DNA from: Octopus sinensis
Lineage: Eukaryota
Direction of reading: 5' to 3'
Assembly: GCF_006345805.1 (NCBI RefSeq)
Contig: NC_042999.1
Coordinates: forward strand, 61,814,001-61,878,000
Length of the DNA stretch: 64,000 nucleotides
Shown here: positions 40,116 to 55,094 of the stretch, piece after piece
Layout of the letters: each line of letters starts with the position of its first letter
Numbering within the stretch: the first letter of the stretch is position 1
The notes under the pieces: model-generated
What the model was told of the DNA's origin: nothing
The model's database searches: none
The model's input: the letters and a program-made list of their open reading frames with translations, nothing else
Program-made: the position numbers and the translations under genes

Positions 40116-40783
40116 CATTTTGAACGAATTTTAAAATTATTTCTCGCTAAATTCTAAATACAAAAGTTCTATAATTTTCTGTTGGTGGTTTGTGCCTCGG
40201 ATCTGCCCTAATCAAAGAAACTGTTTCATCCTTACGTTGGAATATTTTCAGAGACCGAGCCCCTTCTTACTGAAAGTTTTAGTAAATCAGATAGACTGAA
40301 TTTCGCATATAACAAATTTTTGACAGAAAAATTACTTAGGAAATTATTGATATGTTATTAGATTTTAACTGTCTTTCAATTATATAGTATATTAAAAGAA
40401 ATATTTATTGATTTTAGTTAGCACAGGATATTATATACAAATGTAAGCACCATGCTTTGTATACAAAATATTTGTGAATAGAAAGAGTTTAGCGACACTG
40501 TCTAAGGATTTTTATCTTGTTTATCTGAGTCCCTTGCAGTATAAGATTTATAAGTAGTCTCCATAAACAGCTAAATTGAATACTCAGTCATTGATCAAGC
40601 CCAACACTAGACTATAACTACTCGTCTAGCAGATGTGTTTTTTTTCTTTTTTATCTACGAAGATATTGAATACAAATTAAAGTGTTTACAGCTGTCTATT
40701 ACACGCAAAGTTGGCAAAATCTATGGTTTTATTCAGCTGTAGAGTATGACATTAAAGCAAAACAATGTTAACGTACAGTAATT

Positions 40784-40833
<50 letters not shown>

Positions 40834-40897
40834 GGGACTGTATGTACGTATGTATGTATGTATATGTACATATATATACTTATATATATATATATAT

Positions 40898-40939
<42 letters not shown>

Positions 40940-41041
40940 ATTGGAGGGTTTGTGGAGTATGTGTGTGATATATGCTTGTATATAAATAATATCTTCTCAC
41001 ATACGACCCATACATATATACACGCATATATATACATTTAT

Positions 41042-41115
<74 letters not shown>

Positions 41116-42927
41116 ATCGTTGATACATACACACATACATATACAGCTTAATTGAATTAGTGTTTGCGGTGCCATTAATCATAATGCTTCGAATAATGAC
41201 TACAGAAAAAGGCCGACCTATTGTTTGTAACAAGTCATAATATTACCTCTATTAATTATTACTCTTAGTATAGAGTGTGGTGGCTGCGAATTATACACTC
41301 TTGTGTGTTTGTTTTAGATTCTACTATGTGTATTTGTAAGTTAATGTTCATTGATACGATTGTAAAAGTGTCGATATTTTGTAAAATACGAGTCCGCATA
41401 TCATTATATCTATATAAATATTATCTATATACTCCATTGAACTTTCAAACTAAAATCCTGCCATCAACTTATACATACATACGTGCATATATGAATGTTT
41501 ATATATACATATGTATGTATGTATATTTACATATATATATATACACACACAAATAAATATATATACATATATATTTTTGTGTGTATATGTACATGCATAC
41601 GTGTGTGTGTTCTAATTTAGGTGGTTATAAGTATACAGCAACATTATTCATCAGATTATCTGCTGGCGTATTATATAAACTTACATTACAGATGTGTGAC
41701 GCGTTACTTTTTATATGTTTGTTGATATACGAACCTAACTAGACACCCTCTCCGTGGTTACACAATCTTCTTACTATTGCCACCATATCTTCCCCAAAAC
41801 CACACCGCATTCTTTTAATAAATGAAGAAAATATTGGCTTACGTAGTCAAAAATACGCTGTGTCCAGCGAGGTGGTCATAAGAAGAACGGTCTCTATTAT
41901 AGTTTCTTTGAAGCGGAAGAACCTGGGACTAAACAACATTAGGAATTATTAGTAAAACTTTTATCTACACATGTTAGTGGAGAACGTTCCGTTAATTCCT
42001 TCAAAATACACAATTTAGCATAATGCATCAATATTATATAAAAACTACATTCCGAAGAAACATGAACTCCCTCAAATTAGTCAACTTAAATCACTCGGAA
42101 CAAACTTATCAGCATCTGGAAATTGTTAATATCATATTGTAATTGTTAAACCTTAATGTTTTTAGCTGTTTGTAATGGTGCTGCGTTAGGCTACAGAATG
42201 TTTACTACGGTTAGGACGTTTATCAAAGGCTGAGATACATCGTATATCTTATTACAGTGTGTTGATCCTGTGAATTGCTTTTAAACGTTTGATTGACTAC
42301 AACGTTGTTTGTTCATCAATGAGAACCAAACTGGAGCTCTGTAGGAAAACCTGCTTAGATACTTTGGCGAATACACACACAGACACACACACACACACAA
42401 ATACATGCATACACATATATGGGGCTGCATATGTGTGGCGGGAAGAGACACAATTACCGATAAATAGTGAGGACAAATAGTAGACAACAAACGAAAACAA
42501 TATCTCTTATCACCTGTCTATTCAGGGATTTTCGCACATTCAACGCCCGAGAGCAGAAGCGGTGATCGTACAGGCTTCAAAAGTAATCCGCCATAGTTCT
42601 TGGAGATTCAAACAGAAAACGTGAAACATAAAAGATAAGAAAAATAAATTAGGTCTCATCGGCTAATACACAACAACTGAAAGGACGCACAAAAATAAAT
42701 GGCAAAGCCTTAACGATTAGGACAGAATAAATACAAACATACTTCCTCCTGCCACTCCCTTATTAGCCACTCAGCTCTCTTTCTCACTTTAGTTTACCCA
42801 ACGACCACATCCATTATTTGTTTCATTGAACAGTACACACAACCATTTCAATTTTCTTATGTAGTCGGACACTTGTTCGTTTTTATCAAGTATTCTTTCG
42901 GTTTTTATATTATTTTAGTCGTAAAAT

Positions 42928-43488
42928 AAGGCGTCGAGCTGGTAGAGTCGTTGGCACACTGTGCAAAATGCTTATCAGTATTTCGTGTCTTTACATTCTG
43001 AGTTGATATCCCGCCGATGTGAATTTTGCCTTCCGTCCTCTCAGGAGCGATAAATTAAGTATCAGTTGCATACGTGGGTCGATCTAATCGGCTGGCCCAG
43101 CTCCACTAAAATTTCAGGCCTTGTGCCTGTAATTTAAAGGATTATTTTAGTTGTAAAAGACTAATGTTCTCCTTTTACTTTAAATTAAATTTACGAAAAG
43201 CATCTACAAACTTACCAGATGGCCAATCCACCACTTTTATTAAAAGCTTTCATTTTGATTTCTCAAAAGACGATAGCAAACAACATTAACTGATTACGGA
43301 ATATGCTGTACAAAATTGATACTCTATTCTTTTATTCTTTTATTCTTTTAGTTGTTTCAGTCATTTTTACTACGGCCATGCTGGAGCACCGCCTTTAATC
43401 GAGAAAATCGACCCCAGGACTTATTCTTTGTAAGCCTAGTACTTATTCTATCGGTCTCTTTTCGAACCACTAAGTTACGGGGACGTAA

Positions 43489-43490
<2 letters not shown>
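42928..43490. mobile_element. SINE A (+ 42928-43140) and SINE B 3' half (- 43327-43490)
   Basis: Match to the family consensus. Confidence 0.75.
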
Positions 43491-43556
<66 letters not shown>

Positions 43557-43584
43557 AATCCAAACGGGAAAACAAAAAAACAAC

Positions 43585-43684
43585 NNNNNNNNNNNNNNNN
43601 NNNNNNNNNNNNNNNNNNNNNNNNNNNNNNNNNNNNNNNNNNNNNNNNNNNNNNNNNNNNNNNNNNNNNNNNNNNNNNNNNNNN
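43585..43684. other. Assembly gap (~100 N)
   Basis: Run of N; order and distance across it are unverified. Confidence 0.98.
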
Positions 43685-43784
43685 TAAGAGAAAGCGAGGG
43701 GAGAGTCCGAGAGAAAAGAAAGTAAGAGAGTGGGAAAGTGAGAGAGAAAGGAGAGAGAAACAAGAGAAAAACAAAGAGGAGAAT

Positions 43785-44095
43785 CATCATCATCATCATC
43801 GTTTAACGTCTGTTTTCCGTGCTAGTACGGGTTGGACAGTTTGACCGGGGTCTGGGAAGCCAGGAGGCTGCACCAGGCTCCAGTCTGATCTGGCAGTGTT
43901 TCTACAGGTGGATGACCTTCCTAACGCAAACTACTCTGTGAGTGTAGTAGGTGCTTTTTTCGCGCCGCCGGCACAGGTGCCAGGGGGGCTGGCAGCGGCA
44001 ACGATCGGTTGGTGCTTTTTACGTGCCACCGGCACAGAAGCCAGTCAAGGCGGCGCTGCAATCGGCCACGTTCGGATGGTGCTTTTTACGTGCTG
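43785..44095 (-). mobile_element. 3' end of an RTE-related retroelement with (ATG)n tail
   Basis: catcatcatcgtttaacgtctgttttccgtgctag...ggatgaccttcctaacgc; internal ggtgctttttacgtgcc repeats. Family assignment from recalled resemblance only. Confidence 0.5.
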
Positions 44096-44315
44096 AAAGG
44101 AAGCAACAGAAAGTAAGAACCACACTCTTACCCGCGCGTAGAGCAGGTCACCTTCAGCTAGTATATTATATATATATATATATATTATATATTCTAAATG
44201 ATTAATGCTGAAGACAGAGTGTACTAGACATTTTATTTACGACAACGATCGTTTCGGCTTACTTCTATACTGCTCCCTAGTGGGTGGGGAACGTTGAAAT
44301 GGAATTGAATGTATC

Positions 44316-44359
<44 letters not shown>

Positions 44360-44418
44360 TATTTTTTCCGTAATGAGAGATAAAAACCAGGTTGTGTAGA
44401 ATTTAGAATATTTATAGA

Positions 44419-44462
<44 letters not shown>

Positions 44463-44598
44463 TAGATAGACAGACAGACAGATAGATAAAAAATAGAGAG
44501 AGAGAGAGAGAGAGAGAGAAAAGAGAGACAGATGTAGATGTATGCACACATGCATACACATATACATACATATATCTATATCTACTTATATGTAAATT

Positions 44599-44636
<38 letters not shown>

Positions 44637-45870
44637 CATATGAACTTATACACCGTTTATATGGGAGTGGAAATACATTAATATTATATGATAGTTATAT
44701 GTGTACGCATGTGTGTGTTTGCGCCTATGTCTGTGCCTGTATATACAACAAAAATGTATATGGAATTGTGAGTGTATGTGTGTGTGTGTGTGTGTGTGTG
44801 GTTTGTGTGTGCGCGTGCGCGCGTGCATTGCGCTGCCAAACAGTTATTTCCAATAGTTTCTCACCTTAAACTCCATCAAGGAAATACTTTGCGACTAAAT
44901 TACATTTTGTTTTACCACCAACCTTCAATACATTATTTATTTGTCTTGGTATCTTTCCGCTGGCTAGGAAGGCATCTCAAGTTATAAACGTCTGTTGTTT
45001 CAATACAGACTGCCCTAAGTATTTCTATTACTAATTCTCCTACTTAACATTTGAAATGCATTATGTAAATAGTCTTATCTGCAACTGTGTTCTTCGATGA
45101 TTAGAGCTCACGGTTGTTAATATAAGGAGTCGCATATATATTATCCAGTTCACCGAGGATTTCGCTGGTAAACAGACTTTCCTAGAAGCTATATATTATT
45201 TGCACAGATGGTTAGCTAATTTGACGCGGCGAATGAAGCCCTGAAGTGTTCAGTTACTTAACAATCAGGCGGAATCAGCGAGAATACATACGGGCTATTG
45301 ACGGATTTATTTATCTTGTTGGCGTCAGTATTGTTACTGTTTGGCGAAGTTCTTTCCAGCTTACCGAGTGAATAATGTGAAATTATATGTTTGAGTGTGT
45401 GAGCTTCTATTAAATTTGAAGTGTACAAACGAAAGTGCATCGATGTGCACGAGACAAATAATGTCAAGTATTATAATGTAAATAATTGGTAAAAATTAAA
45501 CGTATAAATATACTGTTGGCCGGCTGAGTTCGGCTAATATTCCTTCCTCTGTGGGTGAGCACTTATGCACATGCATATATGTGTGTGTGTGTGTGTGTGT
45601 GGTGTGTGTGTGTGTGTGTGTATTTCTACAGGAATACATACAACCAGAAATAAAAACACAGTCACACACTAATACACCAACGCAAACAAAATGAGTGAAT
45701 ATGGCAGCAGTCGGAAGGAACATACACGGTTACGGTCCATCCCTGTACTGCAGACATTCTTTTAGTGTACCCATTTATCTGTGTATGTTTACACTATAAA
45801 CACACATACACACGCATGCACGCACATACACACGCGCACATACACACACATACACACGCACACATATACG

Positions 45871-46090
45871 CTTTACTCTTTTACTTGTTTCAGTCATTTG
45901 ACTGTGGCCATGCTGGAGCACCGCCTTTTAATCGAGCAAATCGACCCCAGGAATTTTTTATTTGTAAGCCTAGTACTTATTCTATTGGTGTCTTTTGCCG
46001 AACCGCTAAGTTACGGGGACGTAAACACACCAGCATTGATTGTCAAGCGATGTTGAGGGGTGGGGGACAAACACAGACACACAAACATAT

Positions 46091-46123
<33 letters not shown>

Positions 46124-46316
46124 AATATATATATATACATATATACGACGGGCTTCTTTCATTTTCCCTCTCCCAAATCTACTCACAAGGCCTTGGTCGG
46201 CCGGTCGGCCCGAGGCTATAGTAGAAGACACTTGCCCTAGGTGCCACGCAGTGGGACTAAACCCGGAACCATGTGTTTCGTAAGCAAGCTACTTACCACA
46301 CAACCACTCCTACGCC
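45871..46316 (-). mobile_element. SINE family B, full length
   Basis: Intact head gcaagctacttaccacacaaccactcctacgcc. Confidence 0.88.
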
Positions 46317-47480
46317 TATATATATATATAAAATAAACTGTTAATATGTACATACAAACATACATACATGTATACACATACATAATACATACATACATAC
46401 ATACATACACATACATACATACATACATACATACATACATACACTTACATGTATACAGTGATACCATAACTTTGTATACAGAGTAATAAGGCAACGTTAA
46501 TTTAACTTGTAAAAACTTCATGAAAAATTATCCAAAATAAATGTACGTTTTTCTCAGTATTTCAGATGCCTTTTGGTGCATATCACTGATTCCATCCGAA
46601 TAGGCATGGGTTTGATTAAATTGTTAATTAAAAACTGAGCCAGCTTTACCCACCATTTAACTCTGTAATTAATGAAACCATCGATGTTCTCATGCATATT
46701 CTATTAGATTTAGTATCGGTGCTTTGGGCAAATCATTTCAGTTATTCCATTCCATGAGATTTTTCCAGGCTTGTAATCCATGGAGATAAACCTTCCTGAA
46801 AATGGGTAATTTTCTTATCAATTCCAAAATTAAAGTTGACTGAATAATAAACACTTTTCAAATATTTAGCAGTATTTTGAACATTGGAAATGATTTGCGT
46901 GGAAATTAGCTCTGAGTTGCCTGTCTCACAAACACTTTTCCCCTATACAATGCCTCCAACTCTTTAATATTTAACTGTTTCTTGCAAACAATCTGGCTCC
47001 CTAGAGTGAAAAAATGGCTGAATATTCTTTCATCGTTCATTGTCAGAAACTTTCTCCTGCTCCTTAGGTCCCGTTTTTAACGATAGCAATGCCTCCTCCA
47101 ATCCACCGCTCTGTTATATCATTCACTATTTCATAATTGATACCGTAAATTTAAACTATTTCTCGATTGGGCTTTCCACATCAATATTAGCTGATCACTT
47201 AACGATGTATAAGTTCATCGATATCCTTTTTCATCAATGGTTTTCATTGTTGTTGTTTTTTTATCAAATTAAATTTGCAATTAATCCAAGAACGCAATTT
47301 AAATTCTCACATTTATCTACAAAGAAGATAAATCGTATCTTAGAAAAAGAAAGTGGAAAAAATCAATGAGTGGTTAAAATTTCTTTCGCAGGCACCTGTG
47401 CATGTGTGTGTTTGTATGTGTGAGTGTGCGTGCATGTGTGTGTTTGTGTGTGTGTGTGTACGTGTGTGTGTGCGTGTGTG

Positions 47481-47564
<84 letters not shown>

Positions 47565-47885
47565 ACTTTCTTTATTGGCCACACAGGGCTGAATACAGAG
47601 GGGACAAATACAAATGTAGAGCTTTTCTTTTCGAAGATGGAAAAAGAAAAAAAGGAAACATATGTAAAATTCCGATCAAAAGGGATCGGGAAAAAAGGAA
47701 GAAAAGAAGGAGAAAAAAAAAGGAAAGAAAGAAAAAAGGAAAAAAAGCGATCAAAAGGGATCATGTGTCACAGAAACAATTTTTTTTTTACAGTAAGAAA
47801 CAATATTAGCTTCATCCGTGGGAAGAAAAGCCTACAGAAAAGACCACGGTAGATATATAGATAAACAGATGGATAGGTAGGTAGG

Positions 47886-47982
<97 letters not shown>

Positions 47983-47983
47983 T

Positions 47984-48056
<73 letters not shown>

Positions 48057-48499
48057 GTTATCTGCTCTTTTTTTCTGTTACGTGAAATGTTTATTCTATT
48101 TATTAATTTTTTTTTAAATTTTTTTTTTTGCTTTTGCTTTTAACTATTTAGTCTTCTAGTTTATGTTGGTGCATTGTATATTTCGCAACATTACGTTGTT
48201 TACATAACCTGAAATGTGCAAGCATACAAACATACACACAGAGAATAGTTGAACTCACTTGTATCACTGGTTACGAGTAAGTTATGCTTCTTTCTGTACA
48301 TTCTTTATTATGCTCTTTAATCTAGAACGTTACATAACAGCTGTTTTATTTTTTTTTTATAATACTGTAATATATCTATTCATACAAGTTACTTTGACAT
48401 GTTGTTTAGCCTCGATTCATCTCTAAGCGAGTACTTCTAAAATCAGTGTATTTCTATAATGACTGTCCAAATGTTTTGCTTTTTCTAAACACACTATAT

Positions 48500-49150
48500 G
48501 TAGGACTTTTATGTCAGGTCACTTTCGAGTGCTACTGGTAACGTGAAACCCAGTACAACCTGTTGCATGGTCGGGTCGTCGGCGACTAAACCGGCAACAC
48601 CACCAAGCTTGCTTGGTGAGGAGGGTGTTTATTGGACACCCCGCGGGATGAAAAACAAAACCCGTCAAAGGGCGGAGGAACTCTTGAGAGTCAATGGCCA
48701 TTCGATAAATGTCTTAAGGATGTATCATGCGCGGAGACATAGAAATAATCGGACTGAATACCCGATCGCGCGGTTAAACCATTGGGAGTGAAGGACTCCT
48801 AGCCTTCGCTAGGGCATCCTTCTAGGAGACGGTAACTCAGGTAACTGGAATAACTCTGACATAAAACCTGCGGCTCAGTGGTTACCGGTGAGGTTGACTT
48901 GTTCTTCTTTTCGGATTATGGCTGCTGTTGCTTAGTGAGTGGGATTGACTCAGTGTACAGCCTTTCCTCACTTTAAAAAAAATCTTCTTGCACAGGCATT
49001 GCACGATAACAACATTGATTAAGCTTCGTGCAATGGCCATACTCGATAACGAGGGAGCAGCCACCATATGTAGGACGTCATCATTCCCAGGTTAGAAGTG
49101 ATTAAACAGATCTATAACCAAAATTAACTACCCCATCCATCTCTTGGACG
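48500..49150 (+). mobile_element. Probable 5' UTR and start of an RTE-like LINE
   Basis: GC-richer island with gggcatccttctaggagacggtaactc and taaaacctgcggc, resembling RTE 5' UTR motifs; decayed AT.VRT-like start near 49060. Confidence 0.4.
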
Positions 49151-49165
49151 CTGTGTACCTAGGGC

Positions 49166-49389
49166 TCTTTACTCTTTACTCTCTTTTACTCTCTTTTACT
49201 TGTTTCAGTCATTTGACTGCGACCATGCAGGAGCACCGCCTTTAGTCGAGCAAATCAACCCCAGGATTTATTCTTTGGAAGCCTAGTACTTATTATATCG
49301 TTCTCTTTTGCCGAACCACTAAGTTACGGGAGCGTAAACGCACCAGCATCGGCTGTCAAGTGATGTTGGGGGGGACAACAGACACACTA

Positions 49390-49442
<53 letters not shown>

Positions 49443-49607
49443 TACGTCGGGCTTCTTTCAGTTTCCGTCTACCAAATCCACTCACTAGGCTTTGGTCGGC
49501 CCGAGGCTATAGTAGAAGACACTTGCCCAAAGCGTCACGCAGTTGGACTGAACCCGGAACTATGTGGTTGGTAAGCAAGCTACTTACCACTCAGCCACTC
49601 CTGCGCC
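49166..49607 (-). mobile_element. SINE family B, full length
   Basis: Colinear reverse match. Confidence 0.88.
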
Positions 49608-50109
49608 TATGACTACGTTATCTAATATTTCTCTTGTGTTTCCAAGACAAGAGACCGTCATTTAAATTATGCTTGACTACTGATTCTAGAAAAGAAATCG
49701 ACTCTATAGATTCTCACTCGTTTGTTTATTTGCTGGCGGTCCATTATGTTTATATGTATCATCAACTTCTAGTTTACATCTTACGGATTATTGTTGAAGT
49801 CTTACATCAGCACAATTAGTATCTTCTCTTAATTTAGTTGAAATCTGATAACTTTCATTTCAATGTTCCGTACTTGTAACACAAGCAATACAAAAACTGT
49901 TCTTACACTACTTATCGGTAACATTGTTATTATCTTCATTATTAATAGTGTCACCATTATTGGCATTAACATCACCTATTCGCAGAAGCATCAAATAAAT
50001 TTCATCACACTCTTAATAGCTATGAATTCTTACTATGTCACTAAGTCAACTAATACCCGCTGATGGAGTACGTCTATTACCTCTATGGTATAGAGTCCCC
50101 GACATTTTA

Positions 50110-51152
50110 ACATCTCCCAGGCCGAACTCTCATAAAACCGGTTGACAAGGGTAGAGCTATTGTGGTGTAGCCCGCAGATCTCTACAAGGCTGGAGCTCTC
50201 CGCCAACTTCAAAACACCTCCTATTGGCCTCTGCCCTTCAACCCCACATCTAACTACCAACAGACCGTGTCCTCCATTATCTATGACCTCATCTCCTCCT
50301 ACTGTCTCCCTTCCACCGCCTCCAACCTCATTGTCCGCACTCCATGCACCCCCACCATTTACTTCCTTCCCAAAATCCACAAGCCCAGCAACACTGGTCA
50401 CCCCATCGTCTCCGCTTGTAACTGCCTCACGGAACTCATCTCAAAATACCTCGTCCGTTTCCTTGCCCCCCCCCCCGGGTGGCTTCCATCCCCTCCCACA
50501 TCCACGACGCTAACCATGCTCTCCGTCTCTTCAACTCTTTCTCTTTCCCTCCTGGACCCCCTAAACTTCTTTTCACTCTGGATATCAAGGGTCTATATAC
50601 GGTGATCCCACACAGCGAAAGACTTCATGCATTCAAACATTTCTTAGACCTTCGACCCAACCGCCAACCTGACATATCCACACTTCTTCCTCTGGCCGAA
50701 CTTGTTCTCTCCCTCAACTGCTTTTTATTCGCGGGCAGTTTTTACCAATAGATTTTGAGAGTGGCCATGGGAACGAGAATGGCCCACAACTATGCGAATC
50801 TGTTCGTTGGCTACGTTGAGGCCCAAATATTCTCACGATCCACTAGTCCAGCTCCCGAAATATACCGTCGTTATATTGATGACTGTATCGGTGCGACCTC
50901 ACTCTCCCGTGAACAACTAGACTCCTTCCACTCTTCTGCCCAATCCTTCCATCCTGCCCTCGAATTCTCCTGCACTATTTCCAGCACCTCCGTTGCACTT
51001 CTTAACATTTCGGTCAACATACACAACTCCGCTCGCACTACTTCCATCTACTACTAAGACACCGACTCACACTAATACGTTAACTTCTCCTCCTCCCACC
51101 CTACCCACACCAAGCTCTCCATCCTCTACTCCCAATTCCTCTGTCTGCGTAC
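50110..51152 (+). pseudogene. Penelope-like (GIY-YIG PLE) reverse transcriptase fragment
   Basis: IKPVDKG, YFLPKIHKP..GHPIVS, FTLDIKGLYTVIPH, VAMGTRMAHNYANLFVGYVE, YRRYIDD, SSHPTHTK..I.YSQF.LR; several stops and frameshifts; ends in (GT)n. Confidence 0.88.
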
Positions 51153-51158
51153 GTATGC

Positions 51159-51196
<38 letters not shown>

Positions 51197-51555
51197 AGTA
51201 TGTGTGTGCGTGCACGTGCATGTACATACTGAGAGTTTATCGCTTCAAGTAGCAAATCGTTCGTAACTTTAAATAAATTTTGTAACTCTGCAGGATTCAG
51301 CATCGAAAATTACATCAAAATGATAGATTAAAAAGTTGTTTTTTAAAATGTCGACATGCAGTAACGGTAACCACAAAGATCTGTTCTGCATTTTTTAGCT
51401 ATATTGAGTACTTAATCGGAAGTGGTCTTCTATATTCTTTAACACACAGTAATTTTGATATATGTGTATAAGTGAGTATGCAATTATGTACGTATTTAGG
51501 GTGCGTGTCCGTGTATATTCGGCTACATACGTGTGCCTTTTATCTTCTTTTCTGT

Positions 51556-51940
51556 GGAGGCGCAATGGCCCATGGTTAGGGCAGCGGACTCGCGGTCGTA
51601 GGATTGCGGTTTCGATTCCCAGACCGGGCGTTGTGAGTGTTTATTGAGCAAAAACACCTAAAGCTCCATGAGGCTCCGGCAGGGGATGGTGGTGATCCCT
51701 GCTGTACTCTTTCACCACAACTTTCTCTCACTCTTACTTCCTGTTTCTGTTGTACCTGTATTTCGAAGGGCCGGCCTTGTCACTCTCTGTGTCACGCTGA
51801 ATATCCCCAAGAACTACGTTAAGGGTACACGTGTCTGTGGAGTGCTCAGCCACTTACACGTTAATTTCACGAGCAGGCTGTTCCGTTGATCGGATCAACC
51901 GGAACCATCGTCGTCGTAACCGACGGAGTGCTTCCATTCC
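51556..51940 (+). mobile_element. SINE family C, long-tail variant
   Basis: Head shared with 6959 and 32565. Confidence 0.85.
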
Positions 51941-52602
51941 ATCTTCTTTTCCAACACACAAGTGGATGTAGTATATAGTGTAAACATGTTTTTTAGACAT
52001 GCAAACATCAACACTCTTTCATAACCCTGCTGCAGTTCATACGGAATTTTTGGTCTACCAAATTCGTCGACCTATTTTCGGCTGTAAGTTTTGATCTCAA
52101 AGATTCGACTTGTATGCCGGAAAACGCGGTATGTTAAATAAAATTTGGCTACTATCTCTATCAGCTCATATGACCACGTGTGTGCGTGTATGCTCCCATT
52201 TGGCTCGCTGCCAACGTTGTCGTAGTCAACGGCGTCATCGCCTGATGTGTCTTTGCCATCGTTGTTCATTACTACCATCATAATCATATGATTCATTGAT
52301 CTCATACGCATCCTCTTTCTTCCGTGTTCTCATCTTTATCACTCTAATTATCAACGTAGAGATGACTGCTGATATTACGGTCAAAAATAGTAACGCCCTA
52401 CGATATGTTTATGTATCGTATTATTTGTTATCTCTCCAATATCCGTATTTCAAGCGCCACTTCGTTTACAGTGTGATAATGGCTAGGTTTATTGACCTAC
52501 TATTCATATCCCATGAGGAATAATGTGTGTGTGAGTGTCCATGTATGTATGTATGTATGTATGTATGTATGTATGTATGTATGTATGTATGTATGTAGTA
52601 TG

Positions 52603-52653
<51 letters not shown>

Positions 52654-52719
52654 TATTTATTTATTTATATTTATATATATGTATATATATATATATATAA
52701 ATACATATATACATATATG

Positions 52720-52770
<51 letters not shown>

Positions 52771-53523
52771 TATATATATATTCATAAACATAATTACACG
52801 CATGAGTTGATATATATGTGCGTGTATATACATATATACATACATGTGTGTGTGTATTGGATGCATGCATGCATGTATACATAAATATATCACGTGTTAT
52901 CTGAATATGCTTTCCTTTTTTTGTTTTTTTTTTTTCATATATTTTCATTTCTGCAACTTCACGTTCAATAGATAACATTGTAGGTTGATGTGTTGGTCTT
53001 TAATGTCGTTTTACATCAATAGAAAAGTGCCTCTAGCGTCTCATTAAATCCCCGAACGAATCACGAACAGAAAAAACAAAACTAGAACGTCGTATGAGTA
53101 TACACATATGTAAATGTAAATGCATGCGTGTGTATGTACGTGCGCATAAATGTATACAGGAATGTATATGTGCGCATGTATAGACACACAAATACACACT
53201 TTATGTGTGTATATATATTTGTTTTCGTTCGGTTTCCTTGTATGTCTCCTCTGTCCTGTTTTTGTTCCCAACTTTGACCCTCCATAAATCCAAAATTTCA
53301 TTCTGGAATTTATGAGAGCAACTGTCTTCGAAGACTCCTATTGTCGTTGAATGCTCGAAACGAGGGATAGATAGACAGCCGACAACTGATGACGGGTCGT
53401 TAGTAACATCCTGATAAATCATTATATATGTTTCTTTATAAAGTAATTTTTGAACAAATCCCCTTTATACTTAAAAACTGTATGAAGTAATTTTCACAAA
53501 GACTTTCAAATATGTGTGTATAA

Positions 53524-53970
53524 GCGCAGGCCTGGTTGTGTGGTAAGAAGCTTGCTTCCCAACCACATGGTTCCGGGTTCAGTCTCACGGCGTGGTACCT
53601 TGGCAGGTGTCTTCTGCTATAACCTCGGCCTCGGGCCGACCAAAGCCTTGTAAGTAGATTTCGTAGACGGAAACTGAAAGAAGCCTGCCATACGTGTGTG
53701 TGTGTGTGTGTGTTTGTGAGTGGGTATGTATGTATATGTGTATGTATATGTTTGTGTATCTGTGTTTGTCCCCCCACCATCGCCTGACAACCGATCTTGG
53801 TGTGTTTGCGTCCTCGTAACTTAGTGGTTCGGCAAAAAAGAACCGATAGAATAAATACTAGGCTTACAAAGAATAGGTCCTGGATTCGGTTTATTCGACT
53901 AAAAGCAGCGCTCCAGCATGGCCGCAGTCAAATGACTGAAACAAGTAAAAGAATAAAAAATAAAAGAATA
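53524..53970 (+). mobile_element. SINE family B
   Basis: Colinear match. Confidence 0.85.
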
Positions 53971-53990
53971 TATACATTTATGTGTATATT

Positions 53991-54897
53991 GGCACTCGGC
54001 AAGGTTGCATCCAGTCACCAGCAGCCTTCAACATGTACGCTGAAAAGGCCATGAGGAACGCAGGCCTGGAGGATAGCAGCATTGGAGTGAGGGACTGGAG
54101 GAAGAAATATTAATAACCTTCGCTATGCAGATGATACAACCCTGCTGACGGAGAGTGGTAAGGATCTGGAGGATCTTGTCCTGCTGGTCAAGAAAGTGAG
54201 TGAGAAATTTGGGCTGTACCTCAATGTTAAGAAAACGAAGATCATGTCAACAGCAGCCACAACAAACATCAGCATCAAGATTGATAATGAAGAGATTGAA
54301 ATGGTTGATGATTTCATCTTCCTTGGCTCCAAAATAAATCGAGATGGTGACTGCACTCCAGAAATAAGACGGCGGATAGTACTAGGCAGAGAGGCAATGG
54401 TCAGCATGAGCAGGGTATGGAAGAGTAGAGACATCAGACTCGCTACCAAATGCAGGTTGGTGAATGCAATTGTTTTCTCAATAGCAACATATGGATGCGA
54501 GACCTGGACACTAAAGAAAGCTGACCAGAAGAGAATTAATGCATTCGAGCTTTGGTGTTGGAGAGGACTTTTGCGGATTCCATGGACAGCGAGGCTCACC
54601 AATGGAGAAGTTCTTAAGCAGATAAGGCCGAAAATGTCGCTAGAAGCTGGGATCACCAAGCGTAGTTTGGCATATTTCGGTCATATTATGCGGAGAGAAT
54701 CCCTGGAGAAGGACATCATGCTCGGAATGGTCAGTGGCAAGAGGGGAAGAGGCCGACCAAGAACCCTCTGGCTTGACACCATCAGGAGTGATACCGGAAT
54801 GGACATGGCCAATCTGAAGGAAGCGGCCCAGGATAGAACTGACTGGATGACACTGATCCAGCGAGTGACCGAGAGTCGACTTCGACTGAGCGGATAG
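53991..54897 (+). pseudogene. 5'-truncated RTE-clade LINE (RT C-terminal half)
   Basis: RQGCIQSP, NINNLRYADDTTL, GLYLNVKKTKIM, YGCETWTLKKADQKRINAFELWCWR, GKRGRGRPRTLWLD; one +1 shift near 54092. Confidence 0.92.
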
Positions 54898-55053
54898 AGA
54901 GAGATATATAATGAGTTGATAACTTCCATACATGTATGTGTGTATCTGCATGAATAAGTATGCATTTATGTAAGTATATGTAAGTGTGCATATATATATG
55001 TATATTAGTAGGTACATTTATATATGTGTGTGATGATGTGCTGTGTGTGTCTG

Positions 55054-55094
<41 letters not shown>

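Noticed and set aside
43585-43684. Apparent junction between SINE B and (AG)-rich sequence
   Set aside because: Assembly gap; adjacency across it is not evidence of a biological junction.
46520-47330. Decayed LINE ORF2 on minus strand
   Set aside because: Only a weak LEALY..K resemblance amid many stops; not enough to call.
53340-53400. Hammerhead from gaaac plus ctgatga
   Set aside because: The motifs are in type II order but no stem III, NUH or stem II pairing can be formed.
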